Source: Chiloscyllium plagiosum (lineage: Eukaryota). From it: a DNA stretch of 64,000 nucleotides. The notes under the pieces are model-generated. The model was not told the origin of the DNA. It did not search any database and saw only the letters and a list, made by a program, of their open reading frames with translations. The translations under genes were made by a program, and so were the position numbers. Location: positions 11,575,540-11,639,539 of the forward strand of contig NC_057749.1 in assembly GCF_004010195.1 (NCBI RefSeq), given 5' to 3'. Positions 51,906 through 64,000 of this stretch are shown one piece after another; the first letter of the stretch is position 1, and every line of letters starts with the position of its first letter.

Positions 51906-53132
51906 TGGGGGAAGTGAGGTCTGCAGATGCTGGAGATCAGAGCTGAAAATGTGTTGCTGGAAAAGCACAGCAGGTCAGGCAGCATCCAAGGAGCAGGAGA
52001 ATCGACGTTTCGGGCATGAGCCCTTTTTCAGGAATGAGGAAAGTGTGCCAAGCAGGCTAAGATAAAAGGTGGGGAGGAGGGACTTGGGGGAGGGGCGTTG
52101 GAAATGCGATAGGTGGAAGGAGGTCAAGGTGAGGGTGATAGGCCGGGGTGGGGCAGAGAGGTCAGGAAGAAGATTGCAGGTTAGGAAGGCGGTGCGGAGT
52201 CTGAGGGTTGGGACTGAGAAAAGGTGGGGGGAGGGGAAATGAGAAAGCTGGAGAAATCTGCATTCATCCCGTGTGGTTGGAGGGTTCCTAGGCAGAAGAT
52301 GAGGTGCTCTTCCTCCAGGCGTCGTGTTGCCATAGTCTGGCGATGGAGGAGGGGGAGTTAAAGTGTTCAGCTACGGGGCGTTTGGGTTGGTTGGTGCGAG
52401 TGACCCGAGGTGTTTTCTGAAACGTTCTGCAAGTAGGCGGCCTGTCTCCCCACTGTATAGCAATAGTCCATCTTCCGCAGCTACACTGGCACCACCCCCC
52501 ACCTTTTCCTCCACTTCATCGATAACTACATTGGCGCTACCTCGTGCTCCCACAAGGAGGTTGAACAGTTCATCCTCCTAACACCTTCCACCCCGACCTC
52601 AAATTTACCTGGACCGTCTCAGACTCCTCCCTCCCCTTCCTAGACCTCTCCATTTCTATCTCGGACGACCGACTCAACACGGACGTTTACTATAAACCGA
52701 CAGACTCCCACAGCTACCTAGATTACACCTCCTCCCACCCTGCCCCCTGTAAAAACACCATCCTATATTCCCAGTTCCTTCGCCTTCGCTGCATCTGCAC
52801 CCAGGATGACCAATTCCAATACCGAACAACCCAGATGGTCTCCTTCTTCAAAGACCGCAATTTCCCCTCAGACGTGATTAATGATGCTCTCCACCACATC
52901 TCCTCCACTTCCCCCTCCTCCACCCTTGAACCCCGGCCTTCCAATCGCCACCAGGACAGAACCCCACTGGTCCTCACCTACCATCCCACTAACCTCTAGA
53001 TACATCGTATCATCCTTCATCATTTTTGCCACCTCCAAACAGACCCCACCACCAAGGATATATTTCCCTCCCCACCCCTATCAGCGTTCCGGAAAGACCA
53101 TTCCCTCCACGACTCCCTCGTCAGATCCACAA

Positions 53133-53756
53133 TGTAAGTGTTCAAAGTTTGTGCGAAGATATGTAGCTCGGGTGCTCGTTGTTGTGGTTCTGTTCGCCGA
53201 GCTGGAAGTTTTTGTTGCAAACGTTTCGTCCCCTGGCCAGGCGACATCATCAGTGCTTGGGAGCCTCCTGCGAAGCGCTTCTTTGATGTTTCCTCCGGTG
53301 TTTATAGTGGTCTGTCCCTGCCGCTTCCAGTTGTCAGTTTCAGCAGTTTCAGGTCCAGATCGATGTGTTTGTTGATGGAGTTTGTGGATGAATGCCATGC
53401 CTCTAGGAATTCCCTGGCTGTTCTCTGTCTGGTTTGCCCTATGATAGTAGTGTTGTGATAGTACAACACTACTATCATAGGGCAAGCCAGACAGAGAACA
53501 GCCAGGGAATTCCTAGAGGCATGGCATTCATCCACAAACTCCATCAACAAACACATCGACCTGGACCCAATATACCAACCACTACAGCGGACAGCTGAAA
53601 CTGACAACCGGAAGCGGCAGGGACAGACCACTATAAACACCGGAGGAAACATCAAAAAAGCGCTTCGCAGGAGGCTCCCAAGCACTGATGATGTCGCCTA
53701 GCCAGGGGACGAAACGTTTGCAACAAAAACTTCCAGCTCGGCGAACAGAACCACAA
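53133..53756. mobile_element. Penelope pLTR fold-back element (family C) nested in the family A element
   Basis: Arms 53181-53456 and 53463-53757, loop gatagt, 48-nt tail; TSD CAGATCCACAA at 53122 and 53757; REFLEAWHSSTNSINKHIDLD GIY-YIG tail. Confidence 0.92.
53685..53718 (+). ncRNA. Minimal type I hammerhead ribozyme core
   Basis: GCA-CTGATGA-T-GTCGCCT AGCC AGGGGAC-GAAA-CGTT-TGC; palindromic AAACGTTT; intact mirror copy on the minus strand at 53220-53253. Confidence 0.75.
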
Positions 53757-54406
53757 CAGATCCACAACCCCCATCAACCCAACCTCCACTCCTGGCACCT
53801 TCCCCTGCAACCGCAAGAAATGCAAAACTTGTGCTCACACCTCCCCCCTTACTTCCCTCCAAGGCCCCAAGGGATCCTTCCATATCCGTCAGAAATTCAC
53901 CTGCACCTCCACACACATCATTTACTGCATCCGCTGCACCCAATGTGGCCTCCTACACATTAGGGAGACAGACTGCCTACTTGCGGAACATTTCAGAGAA
54001 CACCTTTGGGACACCCGCACCAACCAACCCAACCGCCCTGTGGCTGAACACTTTAACTCCCCCTCCCACTCCGCCAAGGACATGAGGGTCCTTGGCCTCC
54101 TTTATTGCCAGACCATGGCAACACGACGGCTAGAGGAAGAGCGCCTCATCCGCCTAGGAACCCTCAACCACAAGGGATGAATGCAGATTTCTCCAGCTTT
54201 CTCATTTCCCCTCCCCCCACCTTTTCTCAGTCCCAACCTTCAGACTCAGCACCGCCTTTTTGACCTGCAATCTTCTTCCAGACCTCTCCGCCCCCACCCC
54301 CTCTCTGGCCTATCATCCTCACCTTAACCTCCTTCCACCTATCGTATTCCCAATGCCCCTCCCCCCTACCTTTTTTCTTAGCCAACTTGGCACACGCTCC
54401 TCATTC

Positions 54407-54434
54407 CTGAAGAAGGGCTTATGCCCGAAACGTC
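54407..54434 (+). ncRNA. Minimal hammerhead ribozyme core
   Basis: CTGAAGA-A-GGGC TTAT GCCC-GAAA-CGTC with perfect stem II. Confidence 0.75.
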
Positions 54435-54509
54435 AATTCTCCTGTTCCTTTGATGTTGCCTGACCTGCTGCGCTTTTCCAGCAACACATTTTTAAATTCT
54501 CATGCATGA

Positions 54510-54786
54510 AGCAACCAGAAATCTATCAACAAACACATTGACTTGGATCCCATTTACCACCCCCGAGAAAAAGAACAGGAAATGATGTCCCCACAGGAAA
54601 TGACATCATCCTCCAAGGAAATCCAAACATATAAATAGAAAGCAGGCTACACCCCCAGTGCTTCATCCAGAGGCTCACTGAAGATATTATCTAGTATGGT
54701 GACGAAATGTCTAAAAATGCACCTTCCAGCTCAGTGAGCAAACCTACATCCAGAACCTCAACCTGCGCTACAAATCTTCTCATAAC
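54510..54786 (+). mobile_element. Penelope pLTR fragment (related to family C) with hammerhead-like core at 54678-54711
   Basis: SINKHIDLDPIY motif; CTGAAGA TATTATC tagtat GGTGAC GAAA TGTC. Confidence 0.75.
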
Positions 54787-54924
54787 GAGGCTGTTAGCTG
54801 TTTCTTAAAGCCATGCTTCAAAGTTCCACGGCCTGGATGCTGGGTGGTATGGAGCTGTCCTTATATGTTGAATCTCATTTGACTTTAAGAAATAACCAAA
54901 TTCCTTGCTGGTAAACAGGCATCA

Positions 54925-55248
54925 TAGAACAGGCCTTTTGGCCCAACAAGTCCACACTGATCCTCTGATTAGTAACCCACCCAGACCCATTCCCCTACCC
55001 TATTACTCTACATTGACCCTTGACTGATGCACCCAACACATCTCTGAATGCTATGGGCAATTTAGTATGGCCAATTCACCTAACCTGCACATCTTTGGAT
55101 TGTGGGAAGAAACTGAAGCACCAAGAGGAAATCCAAGCAAACACAGGGAGAATGTGTAAACTCCACATAGACTGTCGCTTGAGACTGGAATCGAACCCGT
55201 GTCCCTAGTGCTGTGAGACAGCAGTGACCACTAACCCATACTATGGCC
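54925..55248 (-). mobile_element. HE1-type V-SINE
   Basis: Head, V-domain and tail as in other copies; more diverged. Confidence 0.85.
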
Positions 55249-55429
55249 CATTCTCTGTGATCAAAACTTACAGAACTCTGTTGAAACAGATGCATGCAGC
55301 TTTTCTATCATTGCTTTGTTTGACGAATATACTCTATGCATGCCCAATTATTTTGAGTGGATGTCTACAATGACAAAGAACATTGAACTCACGAAAAGGA
55401 CCTGCATAGTCAACCTGCAACTACGTTCA

Positions 55430-56405
55430 AGTTTTATCTGGCCACTCCCACAGATTTGGGGGAGCTGCTGGCACTAATTGTTGTCCTTGTTGGTACTCTG
55501 GGCAATCACCCATCAACACAGCTATGTCCGCGTCAAAGCCCGGCCACCTGACATCTCGGCGACAGTGTCATTTTGGAAAGCCCTGGATGGCGCTAGTGAA
55601 GTTCAGCCAGTATTTGTCAGCAACGAAAGCCCAAATGGCTGTCTCGTATATTGGTACAATGTGTATTTATGAGTAATAATTATAGCATGCTTCTGAGAAT
55701 CCTGGTCTAAATGCAATTGCAAGTACGCATGGCTAATATCCAGCTTCGTTAAAGGACAGCCCCCTGCCAGCATATAAATTCACTATGCAAGGGATGGAGT
55801 ATTTATCCAGCTGTGAAAAGCAGTTTGCCATTTGTTTAAAATCCCCACAAAGGTGAACCGACCCATTGGGCTTCAAAATCAGTTCGACCACTCCTGTCCA
55901 TTCTACAAATTGGACTGGTTTGATGATTCCTTTACTTTCTAACCTTTTGATTTCTGTCTCTACTTCTCCCTGTAAAGCAAATGGCACTGGGCAGGCCTTG
56001 TAGAATGATGGAATTGCTTCTTGGTCAAAATGCAACATTGACTTGGCTCTTCTGATCATTTGAAGACCTTTCTAGAAAACTTCTAAATATTTAATTAGGA
56101 CTTCACTCAGGTAGCCATTTTTTAATTGAAAAGTGTTGAGCCAATCTAGGTGAAACTAATTTCACCCTAACAAGCTTGGATCCAAGCCTTTTCCAACTAT
56201 CACTGGTAATTGAACCAGCTGCTTTTCATAAGAGGCTGGAACTAAAATTCAACCCTTAAATCTGCAAAGTTCCCCACTATAGCTTCTCAGCCTAGCTGAG
56301 GTCTTGTGCAAAATTAAGGTCTAGAGTCCAGAGGTCTAGAATTTTGTTAAAAACTGGTCTGCAATAGCTGATATTGCTGCACCAGTATTGACCTCCATGA
56401 GAACT
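55430..56405 (-). mobile_element. Gypsy LTR-retrotransposon pol remnant (protease, RT)
   Basis: ORF 55733..56059 PVPFALQGEVETEIKRLESKGIIKPV...KPNGSVHLCGDFK; protease MEVNTGAAISAI at ~56360-56400. Confidence 0.85.
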
Positions 56406-56747
56406 GGATGACCTTTTTTTCATATTTTTATTAAGAAAAAGTAGATTTTTAAATATTACAACAAATACAAAACAATGCAATTCAAAACAGTACAAAAATA
56501 GTACAAAACTAAACCCAAATAATAATAATAATAAAAATTCCCCAACCTACCCTCCTATACGAATCTATAAACATATATAGAGAAGTATAAAATTTTTAAA
56601 AAACCTAAACTAGCTATTTAACTAAATAAATAAATACCTAACAACAAACAAATAAATAGTAATAACTCAGCCCAGCCAAACAAAACACTCATACATTCAC
56701 AATTCCTCCTCCCTGGATATTGGACTCATGAAACACAATTGTTACGG

Positions 56748-59700
56748 CTATATAAAAGCTCTTGTTAGTGTGGCAGATAAATCTGTGTCCAGGTATTTCA
56801 AAAAGGGTTGCCATGTCTTGTAAAAATTCTCAGTTTTGTGGTGTACCATATTTGTGAGAAAATCCAGGGGAATATACTCCATAACAATCTTCCGCCAAGC
56901 CGACAGGCCTGGGGTTTTTTTCGGATATCCAACCTAGCAAGATATTCTTCTTTGCACAGAATATAAGAATATTGAAAAGTTTTTTCTTATGCGCGTCTGC
57001 AGGAAACACAATGGGTAGGCTCAAAAGGAGAGAAATAGGGTCTTTCTCCACTCCTACACCTAAAATCCTCGCCATTGCACCCACCACAGCGCTCCAATAT
57101 GTTTGAAGCCTGTCACAAGACCAAAGACAATGGGTAAGAGTGCCTGTGCAGAGCTTGCACTTGGGACATGCTGAAGATACCCCTGGTTTAAATTTTGATA
57201 AACGGTCTGGGGCTAAGTGGACCCTGTGGAGAATCTTCAACTGTAAAGCATGGGTCCTATTGCAAATTGATATCTTCCTTGCATTCTCCCAAATATCCTC
57301 CCATGCCTCTGAAGAAACTTCAACACCCAGCTCTCTTTCCCACATCTTGCCGAGTCGATCAGACTCATCTGAGGTGGCACCCCCCAATTGGTGATATAAA
57401 GTACTGACAGAGTGTACTCTTAGCCCTTGTTAGTGTGGTCAGTCAAAGTAGTGTTAGTGTTGTCAGTCAAAAGTGTGGTCCTTTTTTGAATAAAATCCCT
57501 AACTTGAAAAAATCAAAAGAGGTCTCTATTAGGTAACTTGTACTTCCGTACTAACTGATCGAAGGACATCATTACGTTTCCCTCAAGTAAACCACCCATG
57601 CAAGATATACCCCTAGCTGCCCGACGTTTAAATCCTGAATCTATCATACCCGGTTGAAAACCCGGCATACCCACTAAAGGTGTAAACAAAGATGTTTTGC
57701 CAATATTACCTTCCCTCTGCTGAATTGCCCTCCATGCTTTAACAGTATTGATGACTATTGGGTTATGGCAATATTCCCTCACTGTCCTCACCTTGTCCAA
57801 AAACAGCAAACTGGTGAGGGGGCACCTTGCCTGGGAGACTTCGATATCTAGCCATATTGAAAGAGGGTCCCCACAAACCCAATCATTCACGTAGGTCAAA
57901 AGCGAGCTTAATTGGTAATTTTTAATGTCCGGAAGGTCTACTCCCCCCAATTTGTGAGGCAACTGCAGTTTGGCTAATTTAATGAGGGGCTGTTTACGGT
58001 GCCAGATAAAGGAGCTGAACCAACCGGTCAGTCTCCTGAGTGTTTGTTTACTGAAAATCAGGGGGAGCATCCGTATAGGGTATAGCAAACGAGGGAGAAT
58101 ATTCATCTTAATAAGCGCTATCCAAACCAACCATGAAACTGGAAGTGCCTCCCATCTTTGGTGATCTTGTTTAATTTTTTCAAATAATTGAGTAAAATTG
58201 GCTTTGAACAGGCAATCCAGAACTGGAGTAATGAATATGCCCAAATACACAAAACCCCCCTGTGACCACCTAAATGGGAATCTATAGTCACTCTCAAGAG
58301 GCAACTCTTTTGTAAGACCTACCCATAGGCATAGCCTCTGATTTAGCAAAATTAATCTTATACCCTGAAAAAGCGCCAAATGCGTGAATGCATTGTATCA
58401 GGCAAGGCACTGAGACTGCTGGATTTGTCCAAAAAATTAGAACATCGTCTGCATCGAGCTCTTATGTAATTTTGACCCCACTTCTGGAGTTGATATGTTG
58501 AGATCCCCATGAATGGTTTCTGCCAACGATTCAATCACCAACGTAAAAAGTAATGATGAAAGGGGACAGCCCTGCCGGCTGCCCCTAGAAATATTAAAAT
58601 TGCTTGATTGTATCCCGTTGGTAATGACTGCCATGAGAGGTACACTGTAAGGGACTTTACCCGTCTTATGAAAACGTCTAGAGTCTAGAGTATAGGAAAG
58701 GTACGGCCACTCAACTCGGTCAAATGCCTTCTCTGCATCTAAAGAAATCGCCAATCCCTGTATTGACGGCTGTTGGCATGCTTGAATTACATTAAGCAGC
58801 CTCCTAACGTTATTGGAGGATCTGCGACCCTTTATGAAGCCCGTCTGATCCTCTTTAATAATAGAGGGTAACACAGTCTCCAGCCTTAACACAAGAGCCT
58901 TAGAGAGGATTTTAAAGTCCACATTTAAGAGCAAGATGGGCCTGTATGAAGCACATTCTTCCAGATCCTTCCCTTTTTTAAGGATAAGTGAAGTATTGGC
59001 CTCTCTCAGAGATGGTGGGAGACAATCATGACTGTATGAATCATTAAACATATTCAGCATCGGGCCTGACGGTGTACTTAGACTTCCCAGTGAATTCTAT
59101 AAGGAATTTATATCAGGACCGGTCGCCTTTCCACTCTGAAGCTGCCTCACAGCTTCCTGCACTTCTTGCTCTGATAATGGGGCATTGGGAAAGGACGGTT
59201 GTTCGGGAGTCACACGCAGGAGCTTCAGATCTCTAAAAAAGGATTCCATTTTGGCCTGCCCCTCCTCACAATTCTCAGACTGATATAACTTAGAGTAGAA
59301 TCTCTGGAACACCACATTAATCTTTTTAGAATCATATGTTAGGTTCACAGACCCTTCCCTAATCGCTGTAATGCTTTGTGGGGCACTTCTGTTTCTGGCA
59401 AGGTATGCTAAGTATTTGCCTGGCTTGTTACCATGCTCGTATAACCTTTGCTTTGCAAAAGCGAGCTCCTTCTTTGCCGTCTGCTTGAGCATGGAATTTA
59501 GTGTAGACCGCAGTGCTGTAATCCTCTGTAGTTTGACCAATGAGGGTCTGTCAAAATAGGCCTTCTGAGCTGCCTTCAACCGTACTTCAAGGAGACGTTG
59601 CTGCTCACCCTTCTGCCGCTTCCTACTGGTGGAATATGAAATAACTAACCCCCTGGCATAAGCTTTGGCAGTTTCCCAGAGAACAGATGAACTATCAACC

Positions 59701-60522
59701 GAGCCTATGTTGATGTCTAGGAATGCCCGAAATTCCCTAGACTAATACTCCACAAATCTACTGTCCATGAGAATAAAGGGGTCCATTCGCCAGTACCTTG
59801 AATCCACTGTAACATCCTTAATCTTAACCATGAGGTACACTGGAGCATGATCAGAGATGGCAATATTACCAATCATACAGGATGCCACCAGATCCAAGGT
59901 TACCGCAGGGGTCAGAAAAAAAAAAATCAATCTTCGTGTGACATCTATGAGATTGGAGAAAAACGTGAAATCCCTACCTGTAGGGTGGAGATACCTCCAG
60001 ACGTCCACCAACCCTAATTCCCCAGACAAACCCAATAACTGTTTAGTTTGTGCAGAGGGTATCGAGGGACCTTTAGGCAACCTGTCTACTGTGGGGTCCA
60101 TGAGGCAGTTAAAATCTCCCCCTATAATGATGTGCCGAGACTTGAGAGACTTATCAGTTTAGGAAAAGCATCTACCACGAATTTAAGAGGATGAGTTGGG
60201 GGACAATAAACATTTAAAATGCCATATTCTTCCCCATTTATCAAGGCTTACAAACCTCCCTTATGTGTCTTTAATACATTCCAACAATTTAAATGAGAGA
60301 TTTCTCCTAACCAATATAGCCACTCCTCTACTTCTGGTATTAAATGATGAAAAATAAACTCGGTCAAAGCCATTCTGCTGTAATTTCAGATGCTTTTTGT
60401 CCCTGTAACAAAGCAATATCCACCCTATCCTTTCTAAGACTCAAGAGTACCTTCTTCCTCTTAATTGGTGAGTGACTTCCCTTGATATTCCACGTACACC
60501 ATTTACTCAAATCACTAGCCAT
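56748..60522 (-). pseudogene. L1 ORF2 (APE, RT, Cys-rich C-terminus), multiply frameshifted
   Basis: MASDLSKWCTWNIKG; IIGGDFN; ISDHAPV; SYRPILLLNVDFKIL; SLDAEKAFDRVEW; RGSRQGCPLS; CPKC...HCLWSC. Confidence 0.9.
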
Positions 60523-61124
60523 AATCTTCTGCAATTACATTTAAATTCCCGAGAGGCGGAACCCTAACCACAAATTGCTGAGCCTTAGTGTTGCATGGTC
60601 CACCAAATATAAAAACTACATAAACTAAAACCACTACATTTAACAAATATACAAAATTATTAAAAATAAAAAACAACAAAAACTAGAAAACAAACCAACA
60701 TATAAAGCGCCAATAGCGCAGAGTAGGGGAACTCACCCCCTGCCCGGAGGGGGCAACTACCTGTCCCGAACTCCCCATAAGTAGGCATCTAACCATCTCA
60801 ACCACCTTCACTTCTCCCAGCTAGAGCCACATGGCAAGCACAAGCTAAAAAGAATAAACACCCTAGAGTATCAATATGAATTTTTTAAAATTCTTTTATT
60901 TTAAAAAAGGGGAATAAATACCCCACCCATCCTTTGGTATGTCCTGACTTAGAAATTTAAAATGTACATCTTACCCACCACCAGACATAGTTTGAACCAA
61001 ATTATTATCAAGAGAGGAAAAAAAGGGGAAAAACAAAGCTCCAACCGGATTTCCTCCATTTCTTTTACAGAATGAAAAATGCATTCCCAAGCAACAACAT
61101 TTATGCATACTACAATTGTTTAAA

Positions 61125-61930
61125 TTAGGTTAGTTTGTCCACAAAGTCTCTCGCCTTCTCCGATCTGTCAAAGGGATGCATGGATCCATCCAAGGTGATC
61201 CGAAGTACTGCCGGATATCTCAGGGAGTACTGAATCCCAAGTTCCTTCAGTCGTCTCTTGACACCATCATACAATTTTCGTTTCTGGATCACCGCCGCTG
61301 AAAAGTCCTGAAAAAACATGATCTTAGACCCCTCGTAAATTAGGGTCTTTGGATCCTTCCACTGGAGTCTGGAAGCCTTTATGACTCTCTCCTTATCCAG
61401 GTAATGATGGAACCGCACCAGGAAAGGACAAGGGCATTGACCCATACCCGACCTCCGCGTTGCAACCTGGTGAGCCCTCTCTATCTTCAATCCTCTCATG
61501 CCAGTCTCCAAGTCAAGGAATTTCGGAAGCCAATCTTCAACAAATTCCACAGGCCACTCACCTTCCTTACTCTCAGACAGACCAATGATCCAAATGTTTT
61601 TTATCCTACCCCTGTTTTCAAGATCATCCGCTTGGTCACGTAAATTACGAACCTGTGTCTTCAGGGCTTGGATCTCTTCCTTGAGTGAACTGGCATCAGC
61701 TTCCACCTGTGCTCTACCTCATCTGTCCTCTTCTCCAGGTCTCCCAGCTGCTGCTCATCCTTCTGCAGCATCAGAGAGACTGGAGCCTGCTTCTCTTTAA
61801 TCTGTTTCCCCAACATCTCGCGAGATTTCGAGAGCTGGTTCACCAGGTCCTGGAGAGTAATCGGCTCCGAGGCTGCAGCAGGCTGAGCTGCAGGCCCGGT
61901 CTTAGATGCTCCTCCTCCCTTTTTAGGCAT
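61125..61930 (-). pseudogene. L1 ORF1 (coiled coil, RRM, CTD), one frameshift near 61700
   Basis: MPKKGGG... then DDLENRGRIKNIWIIGLSE...IERAH...FFQDFS...YSLRYPAVLRI. Confidence 0.9.
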
Positions 61931-62121
61931 TTCTGGACAGCTGAAAATACAGGTAAGTCAATTTTTAAATGTTTCTTGCGGCTCCACAATCTTTCCAATG
62001 CCCCAAGAAATCCTGATGACCTGGGTTGGGCAGGTTAAAGGACCGTCCTGCTCCTGCTGCGATGCAAAACTCTGCAGTGCGATCTTCTCAGATCGCCGCC
62101 ATTTTAGATCCCCGGATGACC

Positions 62122-62288
62122 ATTTAACCAAACTTTTGTACTGCTTCATACAGAATCAGGCACGAGAGTGTCAATATTTGTGACACTCACCTTTTTATAT
62201 GTCAGGCAGGGTTCCCTGATTGGACCAGATTAACAGCGCAATCAGAGAACTCATATTCTGTAAGATCCAGTTCACAGACCTTGTTACA
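62122..62288 (-). mobile_element. Upstream part of the interrupted Gypsy element with an LTR-like U3 piece
   Basis: Continues the protease frame (VWLNGHP); minus-strand TGTAACA start, CCAAT and ATATAAAAAG. Confidence 0.55.
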
Positions 62289-62539
62289 GTCACTACAGAG
62301 GACACTTTTTTAAACTTAGGGATCGCCCTTTTAGGAGATATGAGAATTTTCTCTTTAAGAGTTGGGCTACCTTTGAACTCCCTGCCTCAGAAGGTGATGG
62401 AGGATGAATCTTTAAATAATTTTAAGGTAGAGGTAGGTAGACGTCCATTAGGCAGAGGAATCAAAGGTTACCAGGGTAGTTGTAAATGTAAAATTCAAAA
62501 CACAAACTGAGCAGCCATGATCTTATTAAATAAGGCAAT

Positions 62540-62670
62540 AAAACTGCAAATACTGGAATCCAAAGTAGATAAGTAGGACGCTGGAAGAACACAGGAAGCC
62601 AGGCAGCATCAGGAGGTGGAGAAGTCAATGTTTCGAGTATAACCTTTCTTCAGGAATGGAGGTGGGGGTT
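62540..62670 (-). mobile_element. Penelope pLTR terminal fragment with hammerhead-like core
   Basis: Minus strand cctgaagaaaggttatactcgaaacattgac followed by gatgctgcctggcttcctgtgttcttccagc. Confidence 0.65.
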
Positions 62671-64000
62671 GGAAGATCAGATTTCAGGAACCTATTAGTC
62701 TACTTCTGATTGCTACTTGTGTTTATTTGTTAGTAAGCGAGGAGAGAGATTAAGAAATTTCATAACGAAAGATTTTAGGAGTGTGGAATATTTTGCCACA
62801 GAGAATATTTGAAACAGGAGAAATTACATCTTTTAAGAGAAAATTAAGTGAGTATTTGTCACAGGCAATAATGATATTATTAAACTGGAGTTAGTTTTTC
62901 ATTGTTCTAGCACAGTTGGTGGAGAAGGAGCTTCAGTGTGAGCTTTAATTCAGTTAGCCATGTTCCATAAAACTCATGCCTACTGATTACTAGCTTCCCT
63001 TTTTTTTTTAACCAAAACACACAAAACAGAAGAGAAAACCAGAAGGCAAATGTTTCCCAACTCCGAGAACTAACTATTCCCCACAACTCAGAGTCAGTCA
63101 CCTGAAATGAGGAGATTCTCACCTCCTGGAACTAGCTTCCCATATTTATGCAAGCAATTCACACCCAATTAACTTTAATTTATATATCCATCACCTGGGC
63201 CCACCTGTGACCCAAGAGGTTCAGTTCCCATCTGCTCAAAAAGTGTGTATTAACATCTTTGAACAAGTTGATTTTCAAAATATCTGTATCCATCAACAGT
63301 TCCCTCATTCCATTAGGCTGCAAGCCTTCCCTCAGACTATATTAAATATTAAATAATAACATCCTTCTGTGAACAAAAGACTTCCATTTCTTTGGAGTCC
63401 ACTCTGATCTCAGCTTCTCCTAAAGTGCTTTACCATACACCTAAGTAGCTTTGAAGTGGGAATTAATATATGGATAATATGGTGTAAATGACTATGTGTA
63501 TTTTTTTAAAAAAATTATCTCAGAGAGTTTTCATTTCCAGAATTGTTTTTGGAGGATTCTATAGATGGTTATAAATAAAATGATCTAATCCTCTGAAATT
63601 TATTTATACTCTTGATGATCATGTAGTTAGTTAACCAAATGGAACAGTGAACTCCGACATTATAGCTCAACATCTTCAGATACTGAAAATGAAAGTTTTC
63701 TGTGATTTTTGATGAAAGGTTATCAAGTTTTAAAAAATCAGCTATATTTTCCTCTCCACAGCTGCTGCCTGACCTGCTTGGATGTCCAAATAGTTTCTAA
63801 CTTTATTTCATATTACCAGAACCCACAGGAGATTGATTTTCTAAATGGACTTCAGAATATTTTCTTGTTCAAATTGACAATATCGGTCTATTGTTAGAGC
63901 CATCATCTAATCTCTGCGCCTCTTTTTAAATTATTCAATTTGTGGGATATGGGCATTGCTGGCTGGCCAGCATTTTTGCCCATCCCTAGTGCACTTGAGA

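Larger units (their letters stand above)
51907..54492. mobile_element. Penelope-like element (family A): inverted 3' piece (51907-~52465) joined to a plus-strand RT/GIY-YIG body
   Basis: FHPDLKFTW..SLPFLDL..YYKPTDSHSYLDY (RT); CNRKKCKTC and IYCIRCTQCGLLHIRET (GIY-YIG); VAEHFNS; the terminus at 54150-54492 is the inverse of 51945-52290. Confidence 0.92.
56414..62113 (-). mobile_element. Full-length L1-clade LINE (5.7 kb), disabled
   Basis: 8-bp TSD GGATGACC at 56406 and 62114; AATAAA plus A-tail at the 3' end; 5' end GGGGATCTAAAATGGCGGCG; ORF1 and ORF2 recognisable. Confidence 0.93.

Noticed and set aside
52881..53963. Cluster of mirror-image ORFs on both strands
   Set aside because: Artefact of the Penelope fold-back; the same peptide appears on both arms

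Overview
Vertebrate genomic DNA, almost certainly a shark (inferred from HE1/V-SINE and HER1/CR1-type repeats). It holds the last 11 coding exons of TJP1 (ZO-1) on the + strand: end of the GUK domain, acidic U6 region, the alpha cassette exon, Tyr/Pro-rich and actin-binding region, ZU5 domain and stop at 43491. All splice phases are mutually consistent, and the 3'UTR has three AATAAA signals. About 6.5 kb further on is a CpG-island promoter and the first coding exon of ENTREP2/FAM189A1, the known TJP1 neighbour. The rest is repeat-dense: CR1 LINEs, HE1 V-SINEs, DeuSINE remnants, nested solo LTRs, Tc1/mariner-type MITEs, and a full-length L1 with a TSD inserted into a Gypsy protease. The most striking pattern is several Penelope-like families carrying minimal hammerhead-ribozyme cores, repeatedly inserted as short fold-back hairpins with a one-sided tail and target-site duplications. 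No prokaryotic genes, CRISPR arrays, rRNA genes or true tRNA genes were seen. Homology calls come from recognition, not database searches.
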